DNA of 37,199 nt from positions 1 to 37,199 of the IMG/VR virus record IMGVR_UViG_3300030372_005973; one strand, written 5' to 3'. The notes under the pieces are model-generated. The model ran no database searches. It was not told where the DNA came from and saw only the letters and a list, made by a program, of their open reading frames with translations. Source of the stretch: a virus (taxonomy: Duplodnaviria; Caudoviricetes). Below, piece after piece: positions 18,190 to 26,782 of this stretch (position 1 is its first letter; each line of letters starts with the position of its first letter). The translations under genes were made by a program, and so were the position numbers.

Positions 18190-18348
18190 CTATTTGCTTC
18201 GATTTAAAGGACAAAAGTGTGGCAGTTTCAGCGTGAAAAAAAACTAATAATAAAATTTTATTATAGTTACTTATGTTTTTTATAACAAAAAACTATAAAT
18301 TTTCATGAAGGTTTTTTCAAGTGGCTTTTATAGGTGCAAATTTGTGCT
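18190..18348. promoter_or_regulatory. Divergent late control region
   Basis: AT-rich gap between divergent late operons; CAnnTTTG variant boxes on both strands; palindrome ATAATAAAATTTTATTAT at 18247-18264. Confidence 0.55.
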
Positions 18349-18807
18349 ATGGCAAGACGTACAAAGAAAGAACTGGAAGATCTTAAAAGCTGGGCAAAGA
18401 GCGAGTTTTTAAATAATGGCATCGATGTGAAGGCCATTTCCAAAAAAATTGGGGTAACCGAAAAAACCATTGGAAAATGGCGCTCAGAGGAAAAATGGGA
18501 TAAGCTGAGAGCAGCTACCGTTATTTCCAAACCTGAGCAACTCGCAATGATCTATGATCAGATAAATGAACTCAATACCCACATCCGCAAAAAGCCTGAA
18601 GGAAGCCGGTACGCTAATTCCAAAGAAGCCGATGCGCTTAAAAAATTAACGGCGGCCGCAAAGGATCTGGAGGGTGAACTTGGCCTATCGGAAATTATCA
18701 ATGTTTCCATTCCCATTCTTCGATTTATCAAAAAAATCAACTACGAACATTCCCAAATAATGCAAGGGTATTTTGATGCCTTTATTAGAGATAAAATGAA
18801 TGGTTAG
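18349..18807 (+). CDS. Terminase small subunit-like HTH protein
   Basis: ISKKIGVTEKTIGKWR HTH, SKEADALKKL; immediately upstream of terL; ATG at 18349. Confidence 0.7.
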   Translation: MARRTKKELEDLKSWAKSEFLNNGIDVKAISKKIGVTEKTIGKWRSEEKWDKLRAATVISKPEQLAMIYDQINELNTHIRKKPEGSRYANSKEADALKKLTAAAKDLEGELGLSEIINVSIPILRFIKKINYEHSQIMQGYFDAFIRDKMNG

Positions 18808-20344
18808 GATCCGCAAACTTAATGACCGGGACGCTCTCAAAAAATGGGAGCAATTTACCAAGGGATTTGCAACGCCCATTGATGAGATACTGGTTGAAAC
18901 TCCTAAAGAAAAACTGGAGCGTACTGCCAAACTACTCCAAAACTTCGAGCAGTTCTGTTATTACTATTTTCCGAAAATCACCAAGGCCAAGTTTGCTAAG
19001 TGGCATAAGAAATTTACGAAACATCTCATTGAGGCAAAAGGAAATATCAATATTGCCGTGGCAAAATGCTGTCGGGATATGGCCAAGAGCTCCGTTACCG
19101 TGATGCTCGTGATTTTTATGTACTATAATGGGCGTTTCCGGTCATTTGGAATGTTTTCTGATAATTATGATAAAGCCGAAACCCTTTTAAAGCCAATAAA
19201 AACTGCACTTGAAAGAAACGAATTGCTTTTGCGTGATTTTGGTCCACGCCAAAGTTTGGGTAACTGGAATGCCGGAAGCTTTACCACAAGCGACAATGTA
19301 AGTTTTAAAGCTTTTGGAGCTGGTCAAACACCAAGGGGTGATAAAAATGATGATTCCGATCGTTTGGATTTTTTAGTTTTTGATGACTTTGACCATCCAG
19401 AGGTTTGCTTGAATCCAGAAAGAATGGACAAGCGATGGAAGTATGTTGAAGGGGATTGCTTCGGGGCACTTCACGTTTCAGGGAAAAAATGGATTATTGG
19501 TCTAAATAACAAGATTGCGGAAGACTGTTTTATTCAACGATTATGGGATAAATGTCTTCGGGAATTTCCTAATGCCTTGTTGATTACAGTAAATCTTACC
19601 GATGGCGAAGGGCGTTCCACTTGGAAAGAAGCTTATACTGATGAGGAGTGCAGGGAAATGATCGCTCTCGTTGGTGATGAATCAGATACGGAATACTTCA
19701 ATAATCCATCTGAGAAGGGGAAAGAGTTCCTAAAGGAATGGTTCCAGTATAAAAAACTGCCACCCCTTAGCAAATACAAAAACTTGATTGCCTACCTCGA
19801 TGGCGGTTTTAAAAAAACCAAAACAAGTGATACCAAAGCGTTAGTGTTGGTTGGAATGATGGATGGCGAATACCACATCCGGAAGTGTTATGTGGAAAAT
19901 GTGACCATTGGCCAAATGATAGCCTGGCACTATGATCTACACGATTGGTTAAGAAATAAGAATGGAACCGCAGTTTGGTGGATGGAAGAAGTTTTCCTTC
20001 TCGGATTGCTCCACGATCATTTTGATGATGCCGTGGAACAATACAAGTTTCGCATTCCGATGAAAGGAGACAAACGTTCAAAGCCTGATAAGGATTTACG
20101 GATTTCAAATACCGCCGGATACTTTGAGCGCGGCAAAGTTTGGTTTGATGAAGATTTAAAAAATGACCGTTATGCCAACCGTTTGATACAGCAATATCTG
20201 AAGTTCAAAAGCGGTGTCCGTAATAATGAAAAGGATGGACCCGATGCCGTGGAAGGAGCTATCTATTTATTGAATGAGGCGGCACGCGACTTCATAGGAG
20301 GCGTAGCTGTAGGAGAATCACGAAAAAACAAATTCAAAATATGA
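18800..20344 (+). CDS. Terminase large subunit
   Basis: RDMAKS Walker A variant, GQTPRG, FLVFDD Walker B, AYLD and EKDGPDAVEGA nuclease motifs. Confidence 0.88.
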   Translation: MVRIRKLNDRDALKKWEQFTKGFATPIDEILVETPKEKLERTAKLLQNFEQFCYYYFPKITKAKFAKWHKKFTKHLIEAKGNINIAVAKCCRDMAKSSVTVMLVIFMYYNGRFRSFGMFSDNYDKAETLLKPIKTALERNELLLRDFGPRQSLGNWNAGSFTTSDNVSFKAFGAGQTPRGDKNDDSDRLDFLVFDDFDHPEVCLNPERMDKRWKYVEGDCFGALHVSGKKWIIGLNNKIAEDCFIQRLWDKCLREFPNALLITVNLTDGEGRSTWKEAYTDEECREMIALVGDESDTEYFNNPSEKGKEFLKEWFQYKKLPPLSKYKNLIAYLDGGFKKTKTSDTKALVLVGMMDGEYHIRKCYVENVTIGQMIAWHYDLHDWLRNKNGTAVWWMEEVFLLGLLHDHFDDAVEQYKFRIPMKGDKRSKPDKDLRISNTAGYFERGKVWFDEDLKNDRYANRLIQQYLKFKSGVRNNEKDGPDAVEGAIYLLNEAARDFIGGVAVGESRKNKFKI

Positions 20345-20772
20345 GCACTTTCATTACAAAGCCGGACTATGCCGGGCATATTAGAGATAATCGTTTGGAT
20401 GGTATAATCGACTTTGAAGATTCGCTCCTGGACAAAGCAGAGCTTCGGGCTATCAAGGTTATGAAAAGCCACTTGAACGCGCGATACAATGTGGCCGATA
20501 TATTCAATAAAGTGGATGCCGAACGTGATGAGGCCATTCTTGGATATTGCTTGGATATCACTTTGTATTATCTCTATCTAATGGCCAATCCACGTAAGGT
20601 TCCAAACTACCGGAAAGAAGCCTATATGGATGCCATGAATTGGTTAGACGGCGTAAAGGATGGCGAAATAGTTCCTGAAGGATTACCCAAAGCGCTCGAT
20701 GATGAGGGCAATAATATTAAAGCTGAGTTTCGGTATGGAAGCTTACCAAAAAGAACAAATCATATTAGCTAA
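20341..20772 (+). CDS. Head-tail adaptor (Mu gp36/DUF1320-like)
   Basis: SHLNARYNV, DITLYYL, RKEAYMDAMNWLDGV. Confidence 0.8.
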   Translation: MSTFITKPDYAGHIRDNRLDGIIDFEDSLLDKAELRAIKVMKSHLNARYNVADIFNKVDAERDEAILGYCLDITLYYLYLMANPRKVPNYRKEAYMDAMNWLDGVKDGEIVPEGLPKALDDEGNNIKAEFRYGSLPKRTNHIS

Positions 20773-20774
20773 TT

Positions 20775-23282
20775 ATGGCAAAACAAAGCAGCACACACAG
20801 TAAGATTGGTAAATCTTATGTAGCCTATACCGGCAAAATAAAAACTGGAGGTTTACGAATGACTTCCCAGGACATCAGTAATTGGGTTCGGGCCATTAAC
20901 GCGGCAAAAAGCAAAAATCCAAAACGGAAAATGCTTTATGAGCTGTATGAAAATATTATCATCGATGGCCACCTTGAGAGCGTGATGGAAAAAAGGACCG
21001 TTTCAGTGATCAACAAAAAATTGATTTTTACCGAAAAGAATAAAAGCGGTGCTGAGAATGAATTTATGCAGGAATTTGTACTTGAAACTCCTTGGATGCG
21101 CGAGCTCTTGAAAAAATCTATGGAAGCCATTTATTACGGCCATTCACTTATTGAACTTATTCCAAAGGAAGGAATGATTGATAAAGTTGTATTGGTACCA
21201 CGGCAAAATGTAATTCCGGAGACTGGCTTTGTAATGGAAGATACGGGAACCCCGGACAAAGGAGCATTTTATCGCGAGGAAGGTTTCCAATATTACAATT
21301 ACCTTATTGAAGTTGGTGGCCCTAAGGATTTGGGTAAACTAATGACAACCGCACAATACATCATTTACAAGCGTGGGGGCTTTGGTGATTGGGCACAGTT
21401 TGCCGAAATATTCGGATCACCTTTCCGTGTGGGTAAATACAATAAATATGATGATGACGTTCGCCATAATTTGGAGAAATCATTAAACGAAATGGGATCT
21501 GCTCCCTATGCTGTAATCCCGGAAGGGGCATCTATTGAATTTGTTGATAACAACCAAACTGGAAAGAGTGAGGTTTTCAGTAAGCTTATTGAATTCTGTA
21601 ATTCTGAAATTTCTAAACAGTATGTGGGTCAAACTATGACAACGGAAGATGGTTCCAGTAGAAGCCAATCTGAGGTGCATAAGGAAGTTGAGGAAGAACT
21701 CAATCTATCCGATATGATTGAAATGGAATTTATGCTCAACTGGCAATTTGTACCGAAGCTTCGGAATATCGGATATAATATACCTGAAGGAAAAATCCAT
21801 TTTGATCAAACAAAAGCCCTGCCAATTGAAAAGCGTATCGAAATCGATATGAAGGTTTCAGAAAAAGTACCGTATCCAGACGAGTACTGGTACTCTACAT
21901 ACGGAATTGATAAACCTACAGCTGAAGAAATTGCCAGAAAGCAAAAGGAAAAAGAGGAGGCTAATAAAAATAATCCGCCTCCAGCTGATCCGCCACCGGC
22001 TAATCCAAAAAAAGAAGATCCTTCAAAAAAAAAAGTAGATCCTAAAGCGGAAAAAATTCCAGATCCTGTAGAATTTGTAAACGCCTATGAGCCAACGGAT
22101 GAAGATGAGCAATACATAAAGGATTTCTTTGATAAGGCGCGCACGTATTCTCCGGAGAAATTCCAAAAGGAACTGAAAAAACTTACTTCCGGGATACGCA
22201 AACAATTTCCTACTTCCATAGGCTATATGGAACCGGACTACATTGCCGGAACCATGCTGGAGCTCAACCTTAACCGTTTCGGTTACAGCAAAACAATTGC
22301 CCAGGTATTTGAACTTAATAAAGCTTTGGATATCCAAGGGGGTTATGGAGCCTTTAGAAAGAAAGCGGTGGCCATAATGGGAAATTTTGATAATTACCTG
22401 CAGACGGAATATAACGATGCCATAGCTACCGCCCAAAATGCCGCCAATTACATACGTCAAATGAAGGATATAAAGCTTTTCCCGTATTGGCGTTATGAAA
22501 CCGTTGGTGATGACAAAGTTCGTGCATCACACGCAGCGCTCGATGGAAAAGTGTTTGCGCTGAAGGACGTAAAATCACGCCAATTCATTCCGCCAAATGA
22601 GCATAACTGCAGATGTTTTACAACCGCGTTGAGAGCAGCTGAAGTAAAAGAGGCAGATGTAATCGATTTTGAAAAAGGCAAGAAAGCCCTGGGCAAAGAT
22701 TTTGATAAAATGAAGGATAATGGTTTCTTGGCCAACCGGGGCGAAACGCTCGAGGTTTTTGATTTGGCCAAAGCCTATATCGACAAATTAAAAACGATTC
22801 CGGAAACTGAAGCTGCAGATTATTCTCTTTGGGGACTTCAGAAAATTGAAGAAATTAGAAAGACCAGGAAACTGAAAAAATTGAATTTCAATAAAACGGA
22901 TACTCCAGCTAAATTGATTAAGGATTTTGATAAAAACAAAGTTACGATTACAAACCGGGAAGTAAATATTCTAACAGATTATTCCGGACGTGAAATTGCT
23001 ATCTCTGAAACATCATTTAAAAAGCATTTAAAGGGTAATTATATAACCAAAGAAAGCCGGGACCAAATCTGGAACAATGTAAAAAACATACTTTCGGATC
23101 CTGACGAAGTTTGGTTGAATGTTTTCTCCGGAGAAAGTCAGTACGAATATTTGAAATTCTTTGATGATGAAATTATGGTTGTGGCCGTTCAAATTACAAA
23201 GGCCCGGGGAATGGAAATTAAAACCTGGTACATCAGCAGAAAAGCGGAAAACAAATTACGACGGGGAATTTTAATAAAATAG
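20775..23282 (+). CDS. Portal (DUF935/gp29) - MuF - PBECR-like nuclease fusion
   Basis: Portal motifs (WAQFAEIFGSPFR, GQTMTT, SRSQSEVH); Pro/Lys linker; MuF (LQTEY, YETVGDDKVRASH, PPNEHNCRC); C-terminal LSDPDEVW...YLKFF...KTWY...RRGILI. Confidence 0.82.
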   Translation: MAKQSSTHSKIGKSYVAYTGKIKTGGLRMTSQDISNWVRAINAAKSKNPKRKMLYELYENIIIDGHLESVMEKRTVSVINKKLIFTEKNKSGAENEFMQEFVLETPWMRELLKKSMEAIYYGHSLIELIPKEGMIDKVVLVPRQNVIPETGFVMEDTGTPDKGAFYREEGFQYYNYLIEVGGPKDLGKLMTTAQYIIYKRGGFGDWAQFAEIFGSPFRVGKYNKYDDDVRHNLEKSLNEMGSAPYAVIPEGASIEFVDNNQTGKSEVFSKLIEFCNSEISKQYVGQTMTTEDGSSRSQSEVHKEVEEELNLSDMIEMEFMLNWQFVPKLRNIGYNIPEGKIHFDQTKALPIEKRIEIDMKVSEKVPYPDEYWYSTYGIDKPTAEEIARKQKEKEEANKNNPPPADPPPANPKKEDPSKKKVDPKAEKIPDPVEFVNAYEPTDEDEQYIKDFFDKARTYSPEKFQKELKKLTSGIRKQFPTSIGYMEPDYIAGTMLELNLNRFGYSKTIAQVFELNKALDIQGGYGAFRKKAVAIMGNFDNYLQTEYNDAIATAQNAANYIRQMKDIKLFPYWRYETVGDDKVRASHAALDGKVFALKDVKSRQFIPPNEHNCRCFTTALRAAEVKEADVIDFEKGKKALGKDFDKMKDNGFLANRGETLEVFDLAKAYIDKLKTIPETEAADYSLWGLQKIEEIRKTRKLKKLNFNKTDTPAKLIKDFDKNKVTITNREVNILTDYSGREIAISETSFKKHLKGNYITKESRDQIWNNVKNILSDPDEVWLNVFSGESQYEYLKFFDDEIMVVAVQITKARGMEIKTWYISRKAENKLRRGILIK

Positions 23283-23285
23283 GAA

Positions 23286-23378
23286 AGACCTTTAAGCAAA
23301 CTCCCGTTAGGATATTTCGATGTACCGTTTCCGTGGCTTCGGTAATGTCATCTTAGTTACACGCCTGCTTAAAGGTCT
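23286..23378 (-). ncRNA. Candidate structured ncRNA convergent with the nuclease gene 3' end
   Basis: 16-bp closing stem AGACCUUUAAGCAGGC/GUUUGCUUAAAGGUCU with 2 G-U pairs only on the - strand; internal hairpins; TATATTTG promoter 4 nt upstream. Confidence 0.6.
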
Positions 23379-23382
23379 AATG

Positions 23383-23390
23383 CAAATATA
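23383..23390 (-). promoter_or_regulatory. -7 promoter box TATATTTG antisense to the late operon
   Basis: Exact TAnnTTTG followed by CA; no clear -33 element seen. Confidence 0.55.
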
Positions 23391-23396
23391 CAAACA

Positions 23397-23945
23397 ATGA
23401 GCCAAGATTATCCACATCCCTTTGGAAAATTTGCCAGTCGCTTTCGGAAGTTCCGGGGTGAACTGCCAAAGGTAGTTAGCAATATGGCCAGGAATGAGTT
23501 TGTAAGGAATTTTAAAAAGCAAGGGCACGAAGGAGAAAAGGGCGGTTTCAACAAATGGAAGCCTACCGCCAAAAAGAAAAAAGGAATTTTGATAGTTACC
23601 GGTAGACTGATGCGCAGCATGCGACCAGAGCCAAGATTAAACGAGGCACGTGTTGTTTCAAACCTTCCGTATGCCAAACCCCACAATGAGGGTTTTGAGG
23701 GCACTGTGCGCGTGCGTTCGCACAAACGCAATCGCTATGGAAAGAAAGAAGAAAAATATACTACCCGCAGCGGCAACAGTAGAACCAAAGTGGTAAACGT
23801 AAAAAAGGGAAGTGGAAAAGTAAAAGCCCATTCCCGAAAAATGAATATAGAAGCACGGCCATTTATGACAACAAGTAAAACCCTGCTTGATGACATTGAA
23901 AAACACGCCTTTGACGAAATAGAAAAAATCTGGAATAACTTATGA
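23397..23945 (+). CDS. Virion morphogenesis/neck protein (Mu gpG/tail S-like)
   Basis: NFKKQG...W, ILIVTGRLMRS, PYAKPHNEG, IEARPFM. Confidence 0.8.
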   Translation: MSQDYPHPFGKFASRFRKFRGELPKVVSNMARNEFVRNFKKQGHEGEKGGFNKWKPTAKKKKGILIVTGRLMRSMRPEPRLNEARVVSNLPYAKPHNEGFEGTVRVRSHKRNRYGKKEEKYTTRSGNSRTKVVNVKKGSGKVKAHSRKMNIEARPFMTTSKTLLDDIEKHAFDEIEKIWNNL

Positions 23946-24484
23946 TACTCAGCCAATTTTATACAGCAATACTGGAGCGATTAACAGCCAAAGAGGTACC
24001 GATGGAATACTTTGACCTTTGGTTTGATCAGATAAGCAGAAACGCTGATGATGAGGATACGCTCTTCTTTAATTATCCTGCCATTTTTATTGAAATGCAA
24101 CCCATACAATGGGAAAGTCTGGGTAGAAAAAAGAAGCACGGAGAGCTTCAGTTTAATTTAATTGTGGCCAGTGAGGTTCCACACGAAACTGCAAATATTG
24201 AAAGTGTTGAGGAACGTTCTTTGGGACTGAACCATTTAGCTTTATTGGACAATGTATTTGCAGCTTTGGAAGGTTTTAATAAAAGCTTTCCTGAAGGGAG
24301 CGGTATAGGAACCATCAGTAAGACCGGAAATAGTTTTGATCATAATAGCGGCGGCGGTTTGGTTTTGTCCCACGGCATTCCCTTTAAATGTATGCTTACC
24401 GATGTGGCCGCTACGGTACCCTATATAAAAAGAAATCCGGCGTTTTGTAATACGCCGGAAATCAATACTGGGGAGAATATATAA
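23942..24484 (+). CDS. Tail terminator-like protein (Mu gp37-like)
   Basis: YFDLWFDQ, YPAIFIE, LLDNVFAALEG; follows neck gene. Confidence 0.65.
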   Translation: MILSQFYTAILERLTAKEVPMEYFDLWFDQISRNADDEDTLFFNYPAIFIEMQPIQWESLGRKKKHGELQFNLIVASEVPHETANIESVEERSLGLNHLALLDNVFAALEGFNKSFPEGSGIGTISKTGNSFDHNSGGGLVLSHGIPFKCMLTDVAATVPYIKRNPAFCNTPEINTGENI

Positions 24485-24485
24485 T

Positions 24486-24881
24486 TTAAGCTTCGTTCCA
24501 CTCCTTTTCAGTAACGGAATTTAAAAAGTCGATCGCATTTATATAATCTTCTTTATCAAAGTGCTCAAAATGCATAATGTTATAAATATTGTAGTGGTCC
24601 TCTCCAAAAAAAACCTGATATCCTGAATCTTTAAAATCTCTTAAAGCTTCAAGCCTACTACTCTTATTTTTTGGAATTCCATCATTCAAAATAGAGACTT
24701 GAAAATTATGTAGTGTAGTTTGCCTTTCTGAATCATTGTAATCATTCCCGAATGGATAAATGGCCGCTACCTTATTAATTACCTTGTATAAACTTGGATG
24801 TGATTTTTTAAATTCCTCAAGGTTCCAGTTAACCATCTCTTTAGTGGCAACTTGATTTAGTATATCATCAAAATTTGTCAT
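24486..24881 (-). CDS. Hypothetical protein, last gene of the early/middle operon
   Basis: ATG at 24881 lies 1 nt after the stop of the upstream small ORF, so the track's longer start is unlikely. Confidence 0.55.
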   Translation of the reverse strand: MTNFDDILNQVATKEMVNWNLEEFKKSHPSLYKVINKVAAIYPFGNDYNDSERQTTLHNFQVSILNDGIPKNKSSRLEALRDFKDSGYQVFFGEDHYNIYNIMHFEHFDKEDYINAIDFLNSVTEKEWNEA

Positions 24882-24882
24882 A

Positions 24883-25062
24883 TTACAATCTATGAAACAC
24901 GATCTGCTCGATAGTGTTGGGTTTTTTAAAGTATTTTTTTGCAAGCTTGGCAAACATCCATTTATGGGTATATTTCTGGACGCCAAGCTCAGTCACATTC
25001 AGTTTTTCAAACTCTTGGCGAATTAGGTCATATTGTAGTTGGGTGCTTTCTTTTACGGGCAT
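24883..25062 (-). CDS. 59-aa Mor/C-like HTH transcription regulator (not in ORF track)
   Basis: MPVKESTQLQYDLIRQEFEKLNVTELGVQKYTHKWMFAKLAKKYFKKPNTIEQIVFHRL; C-terminal LAKKY...TIEQIV HTH pattern. Confidence 0.65.
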   Translation of the reverse strand: MPVKESTQLQYDLIRQEFEKLNVTELGVQKYTHKWMFAKLAKKYFKKPNTIEQIVFHRL

Positions 25063-25071
25063 TTCATTAAT

Positions 25072-25782
25072 TTATTGTTCAACATATTTCTTAATGGCAT
25101 TTTTCCACAATAAGTAACCAGAGCCATTTATATGGACTCCATCATAAGTTAAATTAGCATTTAAACTATTTGATTCATCAACAAACAATGGAAATAAATT
25201 GATATAGGTATAACCAAATTTATCTGCCAATCTTACTAAATTAGTATTTATTGCAATAATATCATCATTTTTCCTATTTAACCCGTTATCAGTAGGCAGA
25301 ATACTTTGAATAAATAATTCCGAATCTGGTGATTCCTTTTTTAAAATAGTCAGCAATCTTTCATAATCAGTCAATATTTGTTCAACACTTCTTTTTTTCC
25401 GCAAATCATTAATTCCAATCATCAGAAAAATCTTCTTAGGTTTATTGAGAATAATTCCATCGATTCTGTCAATTAGGCCGTTTATAACATCACCAGAAAT
25501 ACCTCTATTGCTTATTTTATCATTCTCAAACAATTCATTCCATTGGCAATTTTCCGTAATGCTATTCCCAACAAAAAATATACCTTCCTTATTCAATGGC
25601 AAAACTTCTAAAATGCTTCTTTTAGTATTGTAATTAAACCCATAGCCATCATTTCCTTCTGAAGTTTTTTCATTAAACTTTAATTTCACGTAATCGATGC
25701 CTCCAAAAGCAAAAAAAATGAGAATTCCAATAACCAAAAAAATAATATTAAACGCAATGGAAATTTTAAGGGCTCTTTTCAT
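25072..25782 (-). CDS. Membrane-anchored GDSL/SGNH esterase (accessory gene)
   Basis: N-terminal TM; FVGNSIT, NRGISGD, MIGIND, YDGVH motifs. Confidence 0.85.
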   Translation of the reverse strand: MKRALKISIAFNIIFLVIGILIFFAFGGIDYVKLKFNEKTSEGNDGYGFNYNTKRSILEVLPLNKEGIFFVGNSITENCQWNELFENDKISNRGISGDVINGLIDRIDGIILNKPKKIFLMIGINDLRKKRSVEQILTDYERLLTILKKESPDSELFIQSILPTDNGLNRKNDDIIAINTNLVRLADKFGYTYINLFPLFVDESNSLNANLTYDGVHINGSGYLLWKNAIKKYVEQ

Positions 25783-25784
25783 AT

Positions 25785-25973
25785 TTAATTATCTGATGCG
25801 TGTTGTTTCTCAGGTGAGGTTAATGGAACGAAGGTACTGGTAAGCCCCTGTGCAGTAGAAAATATATATATCCATCCCGCTGGAACTCTAATGATTTTTA
25901 TTTGTGATGATATATTGCCACTATGTATATTTAGAACTTCATGCAGCTCCATATCGTAAATACTACTTGCCAT
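25785..25973 (-). CDS. Hypothetical protein
   Basis: 62-aa ORF with RVPAGWIY and FVP motifs, in the early operon. Confidence 0.6.
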   Translation of the reverse strand: MASSIYDMELHEVLNIHSGNISSQIKIIRVPAGWIYIFSTAQGLTSTFVPLTSPEKQHASDN

Positions 25974-26005
25974 AATATTGAAATTTAAGTTACTCTATAA
26001 AGGTA

Positions 26006-26764
26006 TTAAATTTCCTGAAAAGCCATAAACTTTTTAAATTCTTGCTGAAATACATCTGCTCCCATCTCTCCCATGGCATCAGCGGCATTTTCATATCCTT
26101 TGCTTTTGGCAAACAGCTGTCTGTTTTCATACATATCATCAGTAAGAACTAATTTTTTTGGTTCTTCTGCTTGAGATTCCATTTGCTTTACCGCCCAAGT
26201 TATTGGCCTTGTGGTTGCATTTTTCAAAACCAGTTCCATTTTACACAATCGTTTCAAGCCATTTTCAACTATCTGCTGTAAAATAGGAAGTTCGCTTTTT
26301 TTCATCAATTCATTTTTTACCGTACCTGAATTTGCTTCAGTATTTAAAGATTTCAAGGCTTCCAAAATCATCTGATCTGAAGGAATGAAGTTTTTACCAT
26401 TCTTTGAAACGGCTGATTCTGTAAATACATCTCGACCGGTTGGAAAAAATTGTTTTGTAGCAGCTTTAGCTTTTTCCAATGTTGGTTTTTTGGCAACATG
26501 CTTTTTTGCGGCCACAACAAGTTCCTGAATTGGAGCTTCGCTGACTTCTTTTTTCGACAGAGCTTCAGCAAAGGATTTTAAAGGAACATCCACTCTTTCA
26601 ACATTTACGGAAAAAACTTCTTTATACTTTGGAGGTGGAAGTGGATCAGGATCGGGCGCTGCACCATTCAATTTTTTTAAATCGTTTACAATTTCCTCCA
26701 GTTTATCAGCTTTAAAGCGATAGTCTGTGATGGTTTCTTCTATAATTGCGATTGCTTCTTTCAT
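26006..26764 (-). CDS. Hypothetical protein with winged-helix-like segment
   Basis: 252 aa; ILEALKSL...GLKRLCKMELV...RPITW. Confidence 0.6.
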   Translation of the reverse strand: MKEAIAIIEETITDYRFKADKLEEIVNDLKKLNGAAPDPDPLPPPKYKEVFSVNVERVDVPLKSFAEALSKKEVSEAPIQELVVAAKKHVAKKPTLEKAKAATKQFFPTGRDVFTESAVSKNGKNFIPSDQMILEALKSLNTEANSGTVKNELMKKSELPILQQIVENGLKRLCKMELVLKNATTRPITWAVKQMESQAEEPKKLVLTDDMYENRQLFAKSKGYENAADAMGEMGADVFQQEFKKFMAFQEI

Positions 26765-26782
26765 TGTTTGGATTTTTAAAGG

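Noticed and set aside
23286-23378. Hammerhead ribozyme or tRNA reading of the structured RNA
   Set aside because: A GAAA is present but there is no CUGANGA core and no T-loop
23307-23528. 73-aa - strand ORF as the immunity protein for the MuF nuclease
   Set aside because: Mostly antisense to the neck gene, starts upstream of the - strand promoter box, and has no recognisable features; the RNA structure explains the gap better
24486-24986. Long start for this ORF as given in the track (also 1834, 14904, 18334, 27944, 32632)
   Set aside because: These extensions overlap upstream genes or use weak start codons; downstream ATGs give tight coupling
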